DNA of 64,000 bases from Eledone cirrhosa (taxonomy: Eukaryota). The position numbers were made by a program, and so were the translations under genes. Shown one piece after another: positions 43,376 to 58,519 of the stretch; the first letter of the stretch is position 1; each line of letters starts with the position of its first letter. The notes beneath the pieces were generated by a model. It ran no database searches, was not told the DNA's origin, and saw only the letters and a program-made list of their open reading frames with translations. The DNA lies in the NCBI GenBank assembly GCA_964016885.1, contig OZ024748.1:60264001-60328000 (forward strand), in the 5' to 3' direction.

Positions 43376-43669
43376 GGTGTTAAAGTTTGCTTGAAGCATT
43401 GTGAAATGTGTAAAAATACGTATTTAAGAAAGCCACAACAATTGCAAAGGGAAATCTCGAGGTAGGAAGTGAAATATAGATAGGAAAAACAGGTGAAAGT
43501 GAAAGTTGAGAGATATATATATATATATGCATATATATAGTGTGTGTGTGTATGTGTGTAATACTGGTGTTAATACCAAATCAAGACTCGATGCACAGGC
43601 AGAGTGTATATAATAGAAAAAACTAGGAAATATTTCTTATATGTAAACGAAACTTGGTCGCTTTTTTTC

Positions 43670-43707
<38 letters not shown>

Positions 43708-43710
43708 TAT

Positions 43711-43748
<38 letters not shown>

Positions 43749-44057
43749 TTATATATATATGTATCATTTAATCATTCTTTTAACAAAGAAATTCTGGTTT
43801 TTCCTTCTATACAACGAAAGTCATGTTTACTAAGTCTATCAGTCGTTTAGCGGTGTATGGAAATAGTTGTAACTAGTAGAATATATCTATTATCTATGGT
43901 TAAACAATGGAATTGGTGTGCGATGTTCAGTGTTCAGCTACAATAAAAGTTATACATACCTAAATACACACACATGCAGATATGCATTCATACATACATA
44001 GATACATATATACATATATACATCCACGCAAAGAGACATATATATATACATATAGGT

Positions 44058-44165
<108 letters not shown>

Positions 44166-44188
44166 TATATATATATATATATTATATG

Positions 44189-44254
<66 letters not shown>

Positions 44255-44256
44255 TG

Positions 44257-44290
<34 letters not shown>

Positions 44291-44318
44291 TATATGTATA
44301 TATATATATATATATACA

Positions 44319-44393
<75 letters not shown>

Positions 44394-44395
44394 AC

Positions 44396-44429
<34 letters not shown>

Positions 44430-44871
44430 ACGTACGTATAGATATGGATATATATATACATACATACACAGAAAGGCATACTCACACGCACACACATATA
44501 TGAATATATATGAATAATATATATATATATATGTGTGTGTATGTATGTATAAATAATATATATATATATATATATTGAACTGTGTTCCTATTTATAGTCA
44601 GTAAGTCTATCTTCATCACGGAGATATTAAGGAGAAATTACATTCATTGAAGAATTAATAAACGTATCTTTCCCTCCAGCTTCATAGACACTAATGGATT
44701 TTTAAACACACACACATAAATAGACACACATGTAGACACAGAAACACACACACACACACATAATCATACACACACATAAATCGACACACATGTAGTATAT
44801 GTTTGTATGGATATATATATATATATATATATATACGTGCATGTGTGTGTGTGTGTGTGTGTGTGTGCATG

Positions 44872-44948
<77 letters not shown>

Positions 44949-45380
44949 CATATCAGTATATTTCTTTTACATGATTTACATATAACTATTTATCAGTACA
45001 TATTTTATTATATAGATATTACATGCATATATCTACATAGTACACATGCTCAAATAAATATACGTACGTCTGTAACCTATGTGCGTATACTCACATACAT
45101 ATATTCTTATACGCACACACAGACACACACACATGCATGTATACATTCATACATACATACATGCATATATACGTACATAGACACATACATGCATGCATAT
45201 AACACATAAGTAGTTATATATTTGCGACAAGGTTTATGTACGAACTCTTTCTGCTTATTGTATCGTAAATAACCTTTATTCAATTAAGAGATTCGCAGCT
45301 TTATTTTAGGACTGAGCAACAGATATAATATATAAATCCTTAAACGATGGAAGACTGCCATATATGTATTGTTGTTGTTG

Positions 45381-45429
<49 letters not shown>

Positions 45430-45499
45430 ATACCGCACACCTATGCAAGTTTAGTTGGTCTCCTCCAAGGTATATCTTGTTGGAGGTGTATTGGGTGAT

Positions 45500-45670
45500 T
45501 TAATGATTGGGGCCCCAGTCCTATCATCTCATTTCCACAGCTGAGTAAACTGGAGCAACGTGAAACAAAGTGTCTTGCTCAAGGAAACAACGCATCACTC
45601 GGTCCGAGAATTGAACTCACAACCTTTTCGATTGCAAGCCCAATGCTCTAACCACTAAGCCATGCGACTT
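45500..45670 (-). mobile_element. tRNA-derived SINE, CORE-like
   Basis: Minus strand: TGGCTTAGTGG..GAGTTCAATTC..CCTTGAGCAAGACACTT. Sister copy at 55623-55742. Confidence 0.75.
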
Positions 45671-46376
45671 CAATATATATATATGTATTGGATCTCCAGT
45701 GGTTCGAGGAATGCTCCTATTGTTTGAGAAGCAGAAGGTAATATAGCAATGGCTAAGTATTCATCAGACACATGTAACTTTATCGTACGGTACATACTCA
45801 AATATGTCCCTAGAAATAAGTGAGAAAAACATCATTGATATGAAGGTTTATATAATTGGTTTATATATGTGGTCACCATTTAGACGATTTCGTCAACTTC
45901 AATTCTACGTAAAGAGGTTCTGATTCTTTGCCCATTTCTCAGACATAAATTATTTTCGTATCTGTTTATATTCGAGTATATACTCTTTTACTCTTTTACC
46001 TGTTCCAGCCATCCGGCTGAGGCCATGCTGGGGAACCGCCCTTGTAATGTAATTCTTAAGAAAATAAAACGTGAAACGCTACGCAACAAACCTGACCTTT
46101 TGAAATACAGATACACAGCTCTACGTGAAATAGACGTAGGTAAAATGAAATTTTTTGCTCAAGGACTCAACGCGCTGTCGTTACACACAATCAATGCCTT
46201 ACGCTTGTGAGCCGAACACCCTAACCACTTAACCATTCATCTTCACACAATGACAGATATCTTTCTGGTTTATGACCACAACAATTGACAATGTAAAACA
46301 TAAAAGTTGAATACGTACATCATACAGGCATCCATAGAAGTGTGTGTATGTATGATTGCGCTTAAATGAAGACACC

Positions 46377-46412
<36 letters not shown>

Positions 46413-47029
46413 AAATATATATATATTTGTATGGGGGGGGGGGGGTTATACCCATATATATTTATACAAACATTGAGAATGTGAAATAAATCGACAAGAA
46501 ATATCAAACGAGTAATGTTGAATCTGGTGAATGTTGTGTATGTATGTGTATGAATGAACGTGTGTGGGTATAAGTATATATATATATAAATTTATTGATT
46601 TATTGATTTAATTATTTATTTATTTATAAATATATACAATATATATATATATATATACTTATATACACACATATTTCTACTGTATGTATGTTTATATACA
46701 CACACATATACACATATATACATATATACATATGTATATCTACATATACACACAGACATATTACTACAACGTTATGTGACTTTAGTGATGCTGTTTTCCA
46801 CGAATGACGTAAGTTGATTGCTGGTTTTAAACGGCCATACATTACCATAAAGTCGCAGACTCTTACTGATTAGCCGAGAGAAGGATAAATGAGAATTCAG
46901 AATTCACCCACCAAAGTGTTGATGGTTTCTCTCATGAAATATGGTAGCTAATTAAGTGAAGAATGTATAGACTAAATCTCCAATTTGCGTCAATCAACTT
47001 CAGTTATCCGTAGTCACGTTGCTGTAGGG

Positions 47030-47410
47030 TTAAGCAGTGTAGCAAATCCTTCTATCTATCTCTGCCAAAGCGAATGTTTGGATTGTCACGAATTGTTTAC
47101 CGCTCCGTTCGGAAATCATTTTCGCCCATTTCATCATCTGATGTTTTTGCCGTCTTTTCCCTGAAGGATTCCTTAAAATATGGCTTTGGTTAATCCTTTT
47201 GATAGTGTTTGTGGAATTACAAAGGAATACACTGATATTCGAAATATCCATGATACAAAAATAACATGGGTATTTCCTACTCGGAATACATAAACAACGA
47301 AAGTATTAACATGACGACTGGATAACATACGAACATCTCACGAAGACCAGTTAACCACTGTAAGGACAAGAAAATTGTGATGTTATGATCACGTGACAAG
47401 ATCACGTGTT
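47030..47410. mobile_element. Highly degenerate RTE 3' fragment with inversion
   Basis: Plus 47330-47405 reads HEDQLTTVRTRKL*CYDHVTRS; minus 47030-47200 reads GKRRQKHQMMKWAKMISERSG. Confidence 0.55.
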
Positions 47411-48598
47411 TAGAGAGCTTACTCTTCTCTAACCATATACCAAAAATATTACGAAACTTTCATAAAAAGAGAAAAAAATTACTATAGATTTCTTTAACTA
47501 CACACATATTCGACATTATAAACATGTTGGTTACAATACATATACAGGTCTAGATAAACAAAACTATATATAAACGAATCCATGGTAAAGGGAGCTATAC
47601 AGTAGAATAATGGATATTTATCTTTGTTCTTGTAAACATCATATAAGCCAACTGATATTGGTTGAATATATATTTTTGATTATTTCTAGTAACCACCAAA
47701 ATCTGTCGTAAGCAAGGTTTTCAACTGTTCATTGATAAAAGAACCCACTTAGATTTTCTGGAAAAAATCGTTTATATTTTATAGGTTCCATGTTAGATAA
47801 ATAACATTCTCTGTAAGCGACTTTCCAGGCAATCATCTGCTTATGATAGTTTAAATGGTAACGTTAACAGAATAACTCTTACAGATTTAAGCGAGCGTTC
47901 GTCGACAGCGGTTCCTAATTTTCGTGCCTACCCATACATTGCGTGGGCTTATTTTCCTCCAACTCATACAATAAACTAAACAGACCACTATTGCTTATTC
48001 TGGTGACCATATATTTATGTGAAGCTCACTGTTTCACCAGGATGCTAGAAAAAAAAATAATTGTAAAAAGTACAATTAAATTTCATGCAACATGGCCGCT
48101 GCTAAGAATATATGTATTCTCTGATTTTGATTGTCATCTAAAACCAAAAACAAATGACTTCAAGCAAAATAGAAAATAATTAAAAAGATAAAACCATTTC
48201 CTTGATGACATCAATTGCAACAAATATCTAAATATCACTTTAAAAGTGTTTTTGTTTTTGTTTTTGTTTTTGTTTCTATGTATTTTCCTTAACTTTATTC
48301 ATTCATTTTCTACCTTAGATCGTATTATTGTTGCTGTTGTTGTTATTGTTTTCGTCGCCGGTGATGTTATTGTTGGATCTTTGTTATGGTAGTTGTAGTT
48401 GTTGTTGTTGTTGTTGTTGCTGTCGTCGTCGGTGATGTTATTGTCGGATCTTTGTTATGGTCGTTGTAATTGTGTTGTTGTAGTTGTTGTTGTAGTTGTT
48501 CTTCTCGTCACGGTTGTAATGGCTACGTTGGAATAAAAGAATAAATCAAATATTATTTGGAGATATTTCAATAGAAAACTGCAATTTTAAATGGATGA

Positions 48599-48638
<40 letters not shown>

Positions 48639-49562
48639 ATATGCAAGTGTGTATGTGTGTGTGAATGTGTGTGTGCATGTGTGTGTGCATGTATGTGTGT
48701 ATGTACGTGTGCTAATGTATGTGTATAGATACATATATATATATATACACACACATACACATATATATCCATATACATTCCCATATACGCATACATTTCT
48801 ACATGCACACACGCACAAACACACACGCACAACAAACACACAGACACACCACACACACAAACGCATATATGTATATAGCAAAATATGAGTTAGTGTCCTT
48901 TATTTTATTGTTGTTAATGGAGTTGTGGTTGTGAAAGTTAATATTGGTGTTGTTTTTGTTATTGCTGTTGGTGGTGGTGGTGGTGATGTTGTTATTGATA
49001 GAGGAATTTATGGTGGTGATGAAGGATGGGTGTGCTCGTGATGATGACGCTGAGTGATGTTGCGTGAGATAGTAAAAGATAAAGATTAAAAATAAAGATA
49101 CATTACCACACACTTATAGATTGTTACATAATGATAGCAAGGTAACTATTTATACAGATAACAGGAGAGTTCCTTGTCTTTTTGTTTTGTCTTTCATCCT
49201 TTTAAAATAGATTATGACAGATAGTGAGATTTATTATCGTTTGAAATGTAGGGGCTTTTACTACAAGTGGACAGCTATAATGGCTATCGTCGATTGCTTA
49301 GCCAGGCAAGACATTAAACAAGATGAACGCTTGGATCTGTTCTGATCTAATCAATAGCGTGTTTTAATCCACGTTTGTGTCAGCGCCGACCATATTAAGC
49401 AGTTAAAAGGATTTTGTGTTATATAGTTATATAATTATATAGTTATATAGTAATATAGGCAAATGGTGCAAGCGGTGTTCAATGGTAAAGCGACGCGGAG
49501 GAATGGTTGCAGTGGCTAAAATATTTAGATTAGTAAACAGGAGCAGCTGGTTCCGTGTTATA

Positions 49563-49779
49563 TACGAGGGACGACTGAAACCTTCATAGAATGAAGAGTT
49601 TATTGGTTGACGAAGATACTCTCATGGAATAATCAAATGGGAATTATTTTTCAACAGAGTCCCGGTAAAGAAATAGTTCAGTTATTAAGACGACGAGTTG
49701 AAATTAATGCATGCAACATTTCACAGTGATAGCATCACCCCCTTGAGTCAGCCTATAAACTTTTCAGACCATCTTCGTA
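49563..49779. mobile_element. Mariner-derived MITE
   Basis: Imperfect TIRs TACGAGGGACGACTGAAA / TTTTCAGACCATCTTCGTA with TA flanks. Related copy at about 50950-51166. Confidence 0.65.
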
Positions 49780-49877
49780 TACAGGCATATATATATATAC
49801 ATATTTCGGCTCTGTATTATATTTGTTATTTTACATTGAGCTATTCTCATACTTGTAATTGGATAATATTTAATATT

Positions 49878-50639
49878 GATTTCTTTTATTTGCCACTAGG
49901 GCATCAAAAGTGGGACAAGTACAAAGGGGGGAGTTTACACAAAAAGGCGTCCTCAATAAGGAGGAGGCAATAACAAAATATAAAAATAAAATAAGATATC
50001 ACAAAAAATAAAATTTTTAACAAAATCCTCAATAGAGAGGAGGCGCCTTGGGGGGTCGCACACACCCCCGAAAAAAGTGTGCAACCCTTCTCCTCAGGAG
50101 CACAGAGAAGGGGTGCTCCCTTGGTCTTTCATCTTCCTCACCTATAGTCTGATGTAGAGTGAAGGCCCATTCACACGGGCCAATCTCGCCACTTTCACCC
50201 ATCTTTCATAGAAACGGCTGGGGTGCAGCACCTCTCTCTCCATCCTGATCCTTCTTCCGAAATGATATCGGAAGAAACGGACCAGTTGTTGGCCAGAGAG
50301 AAAGGTGCCTGACCTCAGTCCTTTCAGACGCGTCCACCATACAACCTCTTTCGCCATGGCTATTACGCACAGAAACACCGCCTCTGCTTCATCTTTGAAG
50401 GGGGGAGGCGGCTTGATCATTACAATAGACTCGGTGGTCAACCGGATCGGTCCCACCCTTGACAGCAGTTGTTCGACATAGCCCCACAGATCGGCTGCAC
50501 CCGAGCAGTGTACCAATGCGTGTGCAACGGTTTCCTCGTCGCACACGCATCTGGGACAGATCTTTTTGGCGGGGTCCCTACCCGGGCGCCCGTGTCTGTA
50601 GAGCCTTTCTCGAACGGGTAAAGCCCCTCGGTAGCACTG
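49878..50639 (-). mobile_element. Second 5'-truncated copy of the L1/Tx1-type LINE with 18-bp target-site duplication
   Basis: Closely similar to 37714-38480. TGGATAATATTTAATATT is duplicated at 49860-49877 and 50640-50657. Confidence 0.88.
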
Positions 50640-50673
50640 TGGATAATATTTAATATTACCCACATTTTATATA

Positions 50674-50731
<58 letters not shown>

Positions 50732-50817
50732 TAATTTCATAGGCTGGCTATGAAGGAGTGATGTTAGTTCTGCGAAAGCCTGCATGCATTAATTTCAACG
50801 CGTCGTATTAATAACTG

Positions 50818-50946
<129 letters not shown>

Positions 50947-50949
50947 ATA

Positions 50950-51166
50950 CACAATGGACGGCTGAAAAGTTCATAGGCTTACAAGTTTATAGGCTGACCA
51001 ATGTACTCTCATGTAATGACCAAATGAGGTTTATTGTTCAACATAGTGCCTACAAAGTAACATACGAGTTATTAATAAGAAAGTTTTATATTAATGCACC
51101 AAACATTTCGCAGCTCTAACATCATTCCTTCATAATGAGCCTATAAACTTTGCAGGCAACCTCGTA
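50950..51166. mobile_element. Mariner-derived MITE, second copy
   Basis: CTGAAAAGTTCATAGGCT / AGCCTATAAACTTT..CCTCGTA; internal similarity to 49563-49779. Confidence 0.6.
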
Positions 51167-51805
51167 TATAGGGCTCTACATAATTGTTTTATTAACAAAT
51201 ACGAGATTAAGCGACTGACTAGAATACTTTACGATATCTAAAGATGATTTCTAACATTCTAGTTCCAATTTCAATACCCATCCCTTATCTCTCCTCCCTT
51301 ATGTCCTTCCAGGGTTTGATAAAAGAATTATCACTCTACAACGATATCATTGTGCAGTATTGTCATTTATATGTAAAGCTACATGTGTAATATAACATGT
51401 AGATTTGTATAGCACAACTATTATATTAATTTTAGATACAACGTTAGAAAAGGACAGATAAGAATCGATACGATTATATGTCAATGTTGCCAAGGGCGAT
51501 AACCAATAAACAATTACAACTTAATAATATATATATATATATATATAAATTTGTGTGTATACATATATTTGTGTGCATACATATCTATTAAATACACACA
51601 CGTACATACATGCATACATACGTATTTACACACACCATAATACATATATACATATATATATATATATTCAGACGTTCACGCACACATATACTTACTAATG
51701 CACATATTTGCGTACACACATGCATACTTACATTCATTGATACATACACATACATAAAAAGAAGGTATTTATGCATATACATATGCATACATACATACAT
51801 ACATA

Positions 51806-52415
51806 CACGGTGGCTACCAACTCGTTTTCGAGTACGGCCACTACTTTATATCCATGTTGGAGAACCCCTACCGATGCGCTGAACGAGTGTGACTTTTTAG
51901 TCCAGCCAGCGACTTGAAAACTCTGGTACAAACACTACACTTGTGACAATCATTGACACATAGTGTTGGGCCCATGGTACCATGTGACGACAAGTGCAGA
52001 GAGATCTCCAGATATAAAGCAATGCCTGTGCCGTGAAGCTTTTATAGTGAGCAAAGGCACTGCACAAAGTCAGTCCCACTCTCTTAACCAAGGTGATATT
52101 TACCAAAAAGAAAACAAGTCAACATCATTGGATACCATCAGGGTTGCAGGTGTTATATCAGAGTTTTCCTTCAACTAGAATTCTGCCTTGATAAAGGCTA
52201 AGGGGTCATCTCTCCCGGTGATTTTAGATGGCCATTGACTCTTAAGAGCTCCTTTGCCCTTTGACAGGTTTTGTTTTTAGTCCTGCATGATGTCCAAAGT
52301 CACCCTCCTCACAAAGAAACCTTGGTGGGGGTTGCCAGTTTAGTCGCCAACGACCCGACCATGAGACAGGTTGTACTGGGGTACATGTTACCAGTAGCAC
52401 CAACTGGTGACATGA
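51806..52415 (-). mobile_element. Short non-autonomous RTE derivative (5' UTR-like part fused to zinc-finger 3' end) between (CATA)n tracts
   Basis: 3' part reads CSVCTRVFKSLAGLKSHTRSAH*. The 5' part is homologous to 56619-57050, and the same 3' tail recurs at 63981-64000. Confidence 0.7.
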
Positions 52416-52501
52416 CATACATACATACATACATACATACATACATACATACATACATACATACATACATACATACATACATACATACATACATACATAC
52501 A

Positions 52502-52860
52502 TTGAGACAGATGGCACTAAGGAATACTGGTGGAACCTGAAAATAAAAACTGCCACCAAATTAAAGCACAACCGGCCTGATATTGTTGTTTGGGACCACA
52601 CATTGGAAACGTGTTCTGTTGTGGAGATCATCTGCCCACTTGATGTAAACGTTGTCAGAAAAATACAGGAGACGCAGGACATCTACGGACCATTGATGAG
52701 GAGTTTACAAATCCAGTATCCAAGATACACCTTTAGCTTCATACCCATCATTATTGGAGCTACGGGATATATGCCAACCCGTTTGGACCAAAGTATGACT
52801 GAACTTGGATTTGCGGACAACGAGCGCAGCTCCCTAATTCATAGTCTACAGATATATACA
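52502..52860 (+). pseudogene. R4/Dong-like restriction-like endonuclease fragment
   Basis: EYWWNLKIKTATKLKHNRPDIVVWD..VVEIICPLD..IPIIIGATG. Confidence 0.85.
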
Positions 52861-52915
52861 GATACATAAGCAAGTATATATATATATATATAAAGAGAGA
52901 GCGAGAGAGAGAGAG

Positions 52916-52983
<68 letters not shown>

Positions 52984-54036
52984 ATAGAAGTACTAACAAG
53001 CTATCTAAAGTGTAACAAGTTATTTTGTGGTGAAATGTTTCACTTAAAACAGTCAAAACTATGCTGCCAAATTAAGACTTATGCACATATATATATAATT
53101 GGAAATCAGTAAAATCGAATCTCTGGCGGTTTGCAAGTAAATTGGGCCTACTTATATGAAATGATGAGTTAGCAAAGCACTTGATAAGTTAGGCCCTCAG
53201 AGTAATAACATACGTTTAAATAGCTTGACAAATCGAACATTGTGGTAGGCGAAACTAACACACAATACATACCAAAGTAACGATAGAACTAATCAGGTTG
53301 AGAAAAGTACACCTGGACAAAACAAACGAACAATCGTTTAAAGTGTTTCTTTGAATCCGAAATCAAATATCAGACTTAAGTGAATGGCAAGCTCATGGTA
53401 TTGGTGATCGAACGGAGGATTCAGTTTATCAACAGGTTTTCGTTCTGCCTAGGACCGGAGTGATAAATTATATGTTGCATCTCGGTATGGCTGCTAATGG
53501 TATCTCTATATATATACAACGTAGCGAATCATTTTATTTTTGTCAATGATTCTACGTTCTGTGTTACTATCAATACGAAGGATATACCGCCAGACTCTAT
53601 CGTAATACTCCCCTATCCAATACCATGCCATGTTAATACTTATTAATATACACATGTGTGCAAGACTATACAGACCTGCACACACATACACATACAAACA
53701 CCTTTCTCCCTCTCACACACAGGTCTATATATAAGTACAGATACACACACATAGGACGGAGAAAAAGAAAAAAACGTTTGTTTCTTTTTCACTTCCTCCT
53801 ATCTATTTATATATATCTTTCTTTTCTCTCTCTCTCCTTCTTTTCCCTTCACCTCTCTCTCTCCGTTTTTTCTCTTTATCTCTGTTTTTTCTTTTTCTCC
53901 GTCCTTTTTCTAACTGTGCTTAACACTATAACTAAATAATTATAAACAAATCACTATCCAGAAAGCTTCCAAATATAATGGTCGCTTATAATAGGGTACG
54001 TCAAAATTATTTATAAAACTGTTTGTATATTGTATT

Positions 54037-54094
54037 TTATCTGACGAAGGCATGCCATATTTTTAATATAGTATCCCTGAAATATGTATAATGA
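54037..54094 (+). ncRNA. Minimal hammerhead ribozyme (family C)
   Basis: TTAT-CTGACGA-AGG..CCT-GAAAT-ATGT-ATA/ATGA. Flanks are homologous to 10650-10755. Confidence 0.7.
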
Positions 54095-54369
54095 AATAAA
54101 TATGGTTTTATAAATATAGTTTCCATTTGTTTAATATCGTATATATATATATATATATATATAAGTATGTATACGTACATACATATATGTATACAGACGT
54201 AAAGTGGTATGTATATATATATACATACATGCACACATATATATATGTACGTATGGATTCACCGAACATTTATTATAATGCTCGGTGTGTTTGTAAACAA
54301 ACATCCCGAATTAAGCCGTACAGTGTCTAGCAACCATCGTTGCTCATTTGTTCAACCCTGACAAAGGAA

Positions 54370-54410
54370 CGCTTTACTAGTTTCAAGCTTATTAGCTATC
54401 GTCAGCAACG
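54370..54410 (-). ncRNA. Minimal type I hammerhead ribozyme (family G)
   Basis: Minus strand: CGTTG-CTGACGA-TAGCTAATAAGCTT-GAAAC-TA-GTA/AAGCG; one stem I mismatch. Confidence 0.75.
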
Positions 54411-55045
54411 TATACCTTCCTGCCAGATGATTGAACGTCTGAAAGTATATACTTTCCTCATGCATATTAACGGCTGAGCAGCCTAATTTGCATATCGAGT
54501 GAGTTAATCGGCCGGGGTACCGAAAACGATAAACTGAAAAATGAAACGAAATTTCATTTCTCACTCTTACAAACACACCGAGCATTATAATAAATGTTCG
54601 GTAAACCCATACGTACATATATATATGTGTGCATGTATATATATACACATACTACTGTACGTTCCTTTGTCAGTGTTGAACAAACGAGCAACGATGGTTG
54701 CTAGACACTACGGCTTAATACGGGATGTTTCTTTACAAACACACCGAGCATTATAATAAATGTTCGGTGAATCCATACGTACATATATAAGTGTCCATGT
54801 ATGTATATATATATATACATACTACTGTACGTCTGTATACATATATGTATGTACGTATACATACTTATATTTAAGTAACAGCCGTACTAAGAGAGAAATG
54901 AAATTTCGTTTCATTTTTTCCGTTTATCGTTTTCGGTACCCCGGCCGATTAACTCACTCGATATGCAAATTAGGCTGCTCAGCCGTTAATATGCATAAGG
55001 AAAGTATATACTTTCAGACGTTCAATCATCTGGCAGGAAGGTATA

Positions 55046-55086
55046 CGTTGCTGACGATAGCTAATAAGCTTGAAACTAGTACAGCG
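55046..55086 (+). ncRNA. Minimal type I hammerhead ribozyme (family G)
   Basis: CGTTG-CTGACGA-TAGCTAATAAGCTT-GAAAC-TA-GTA/CAGCG; self-complementary ACTAGT in stem III. Predicted cut after 55081. Confidence 0.85.
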
Positions 55087-55379
55087 TTCCTTTGTCAGTG
55101 TTGAACAAACGAGCAACGATGGTTGCTAGACACTACGGCTTAATACGGGATGTTTGTTTACAAACACACCGAGCATTATAATAAATGTTCGGTGAATCCA
55201 TACGTACATATATAAGTGTCCATGTATGTATATATATACATACTACTGTACGTCTGTATACATATATGTATGTACGTATACATACTTATATTTAAGTAAC
55301 TTAAATATAAGTATGTATACGTACATACATATATGTATACAGACGTACAGTAGTATGTATATATATACATACATGGACA

Positions 55380-55742
<363 letters not shown>

Positions 55743-55841
55743 TTCTACCTGGAGTTGCGACCGATAGATAGTATTAGCAATTGGAAAGACCAACGGAAAG
55801 ATTGTTCCCTCGGTCCGATTTGACGAAAGTCGATCGTCCTT

Positions 55842-55867
<26 letters not shown>

Positions 55868-55873
<6 letters not shown>

Positions 55874-56595
55874 GTATGTGTTCCTACATGTAAATAATAC
55901 ACATAGGGATAAAAATATAGTCTGACAGTATGCCAGCGTGGTTCAATGGCAAGTTAGTAAATTAACAAGCTAGAACATATAAAATCAAGGGAAAGAAAAT
56001 AAAGAAAAATATTTTAAATAAATAAAAAAAAATTCACTGTACTTACTATATGTGCCTTTACCGCGGTTTCAGATCCCAAAACAAATAGATAATCCAGGCG
56101 GATTTCCAATGAGAAAGAGATCGAAAGAGATCTATATTCTCTGTCGGAGAATATAGAATTCCCGAGTTCAAAATACAAACTGGCGCCATAAAAAACTGCC
56201 CCAGAAAATAAATGTAGGAACACATACTTTTAATATTATTCTCCCCAACGGTGGAGAAAACTTTGGTCATTTGAACGGTTGCTAATTTAGTAGCAAGAGA
56301 TTGACCTGTCCACCTTGCTTTCAGTCTTTGCACACGGTAGTAGACCAAATTGTTTCATCATTCATTTGCTGGGGCAGTTTTGTATGGCGCCAGTTTGTAT
56401 TTTGAAATCGGGAATTCTATATTCTCCGAGAGAGAAAGGCCTTCTGACGAGGATCTCTTTCTCAATGGAAATCCGCTTGGATTATCTATTTGTTTTGGGA
56501 TCTGAAACCGCGGTAAAGGCTCATATAGGAAGTACAGTGAATTTTTTGAAATTTATTTATATTTTTTTTCTTTATTTGCTTTCCCTTGCTTTCAT
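55868..56595. mobile_element. Pseudo-LTR-like element with ~220-bp inverted repeats (family H)
   Basis: About 55986-56205 is inverted at 56369-56590; extra short inversion 55868-55889/56211-56232; TA-flanked. Confidence 0.75.
56439..56520 (+). ncRNA. Type I hammerhead ribozyme with long stem II (family H)
   Basis: GCCTT-CTGACGA-GGATCTC..GGGATCT-GAAAC-CGCG-GTA/AAGGC; perfect core and palindromic loop 3. Predicted cut after 56515. Confidence 0.88.
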
Positions 56596-56618
56596 ATATA
56601 TATATATATATATATATA

Positions 56619-57050
56619 TGTAACCCAGTACAACCTGTCGCATGGCCGGGTCGTCGGCGACTAAACCGGCAGCCCCACCAAGTTTACTTGGTGAAGAGGC
56701 TGATTTTGGACACCCTGCAGGACAACAAACTAAACCTGACAAAGGGCGGAAGAACTCATAAGAGTCAACGGCCATCCAAAAGTGTGTACATTTGCATATT
56801 CATATGTATCGCGCGGTTAAACCACTGGGAGTGAAGGACCCCTAGCCTTTGTCAGGGCATTCTTCTAGGAGAAGGCAACTCAGGAAACTGGGATAACTCC
56901 GATATAAAACCTGCGGCTCAGTGGTTACCGATGATGTTGATATTTTCTTCTTTTCGTGTTATAGCTACTGTCGCTCAGAGAGCGGGATTGTCTCAGTGCA
57001 CAGTCTTTCCTCACTTTAAAAAATATCTTCACGCACAGGCATTGCTCGAT
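56619..57050 (+). mobile_element. RTE 5' UTR-like fragment
   Basis: Homologous to 52020-52385 (minus). Confidence 0.6.
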
Positions 57051-57121
57051 AGAATTAATTAATAATTATTAATAATAGTATATCGTGCAATGGCCATACT
57101 CGATATAGGAACCATATATAT

Positions 57122-57306
57122 ATAGGAACCAGTAAGACCCCGACAGCTGAGCTCAAGCCGTTTCGACGGCTAATTGAATTAGCCGTCGAAACGGCTTGAG
57201 CTCAGCTGTCGGGGTCTTACTGGTTCCTATTACCCACTCTACTACCTCAAGTATTGAGTACTTTGGTGCGTTATGGTCCACCTGGTTCCTTACCACATTT
57301 CCTTCG

Positions 57307-57310
<4 letters not shown>
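57122..57310 (+). mobile_element. Family F fragment with perfect 109-bp palindrome
   Basis: 57122-57230 is self-complementary around 57176. Confidence 0.75.
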
Positions 57311-57384
<74 letters not shown>

Positions 57385-57891
57385 ACATATATATATATAC
57401 ATATATACATACATACACATATATACATACATACATATGTATACAGAATTACATATATATACAGATATACATACATATATATATATATATACCACAAACA
57501 CATACACACAGATAGACAAACCAATACATATATAACACATATTACATATATCACATATATACTGCCCTGGGGTCTTAGAGCAATATAATATCAATAACAT
57601 TGGTATCGTTTAAAATTGAAGAGATCAGAGATCATAAGCTAAATATTGTGCAAAGCCATCATATTCTTGGAAAATTCTCAGAATACAAAACAAACGAAAA
57701 ACGAAAACAACTAAAATAACACAAGAAAAAAAGTCTTGTATGCTATCTTACTCCCTTTGAGGCGAATTTTGAATAGGTTCATTTAGATTCTTCAGAAGAA
57801 GGTTCCAAACGAAACTCCCGAAGAAAAATTATGAAATTATTCACTGCGTTGGAAAGAAATTATTCACATAATTACGCTTCTATTATCTTCC

Positions 57892-58024
<133 letters not shown>

Positions 58025-58045
58025 ATATATATATATATGTATGTA

Positions 58046-58102
<57 letters not shown>

Positions 58103-58398
58103 TTATATATATATATGTATATATATGTATATATATATGTATATATATATGTATATATATATATTTATATATATATAGACAAATGTATATAGGTATATAT
58201 GTTTGTGTGTATGTATATATATGTATACATATGTATATACGTATACGTATATATGTTTGTATGTATATATATATTTTGTATACATATGTATATACGCATA
58301 TGTATATATGTTTACATGTACATATATATATGTATACATATGTATACGTATATATGTATATATATATATATATACATATGTATACTTATATATGTATG

Positions 58399-58519
<121 letters not shown>

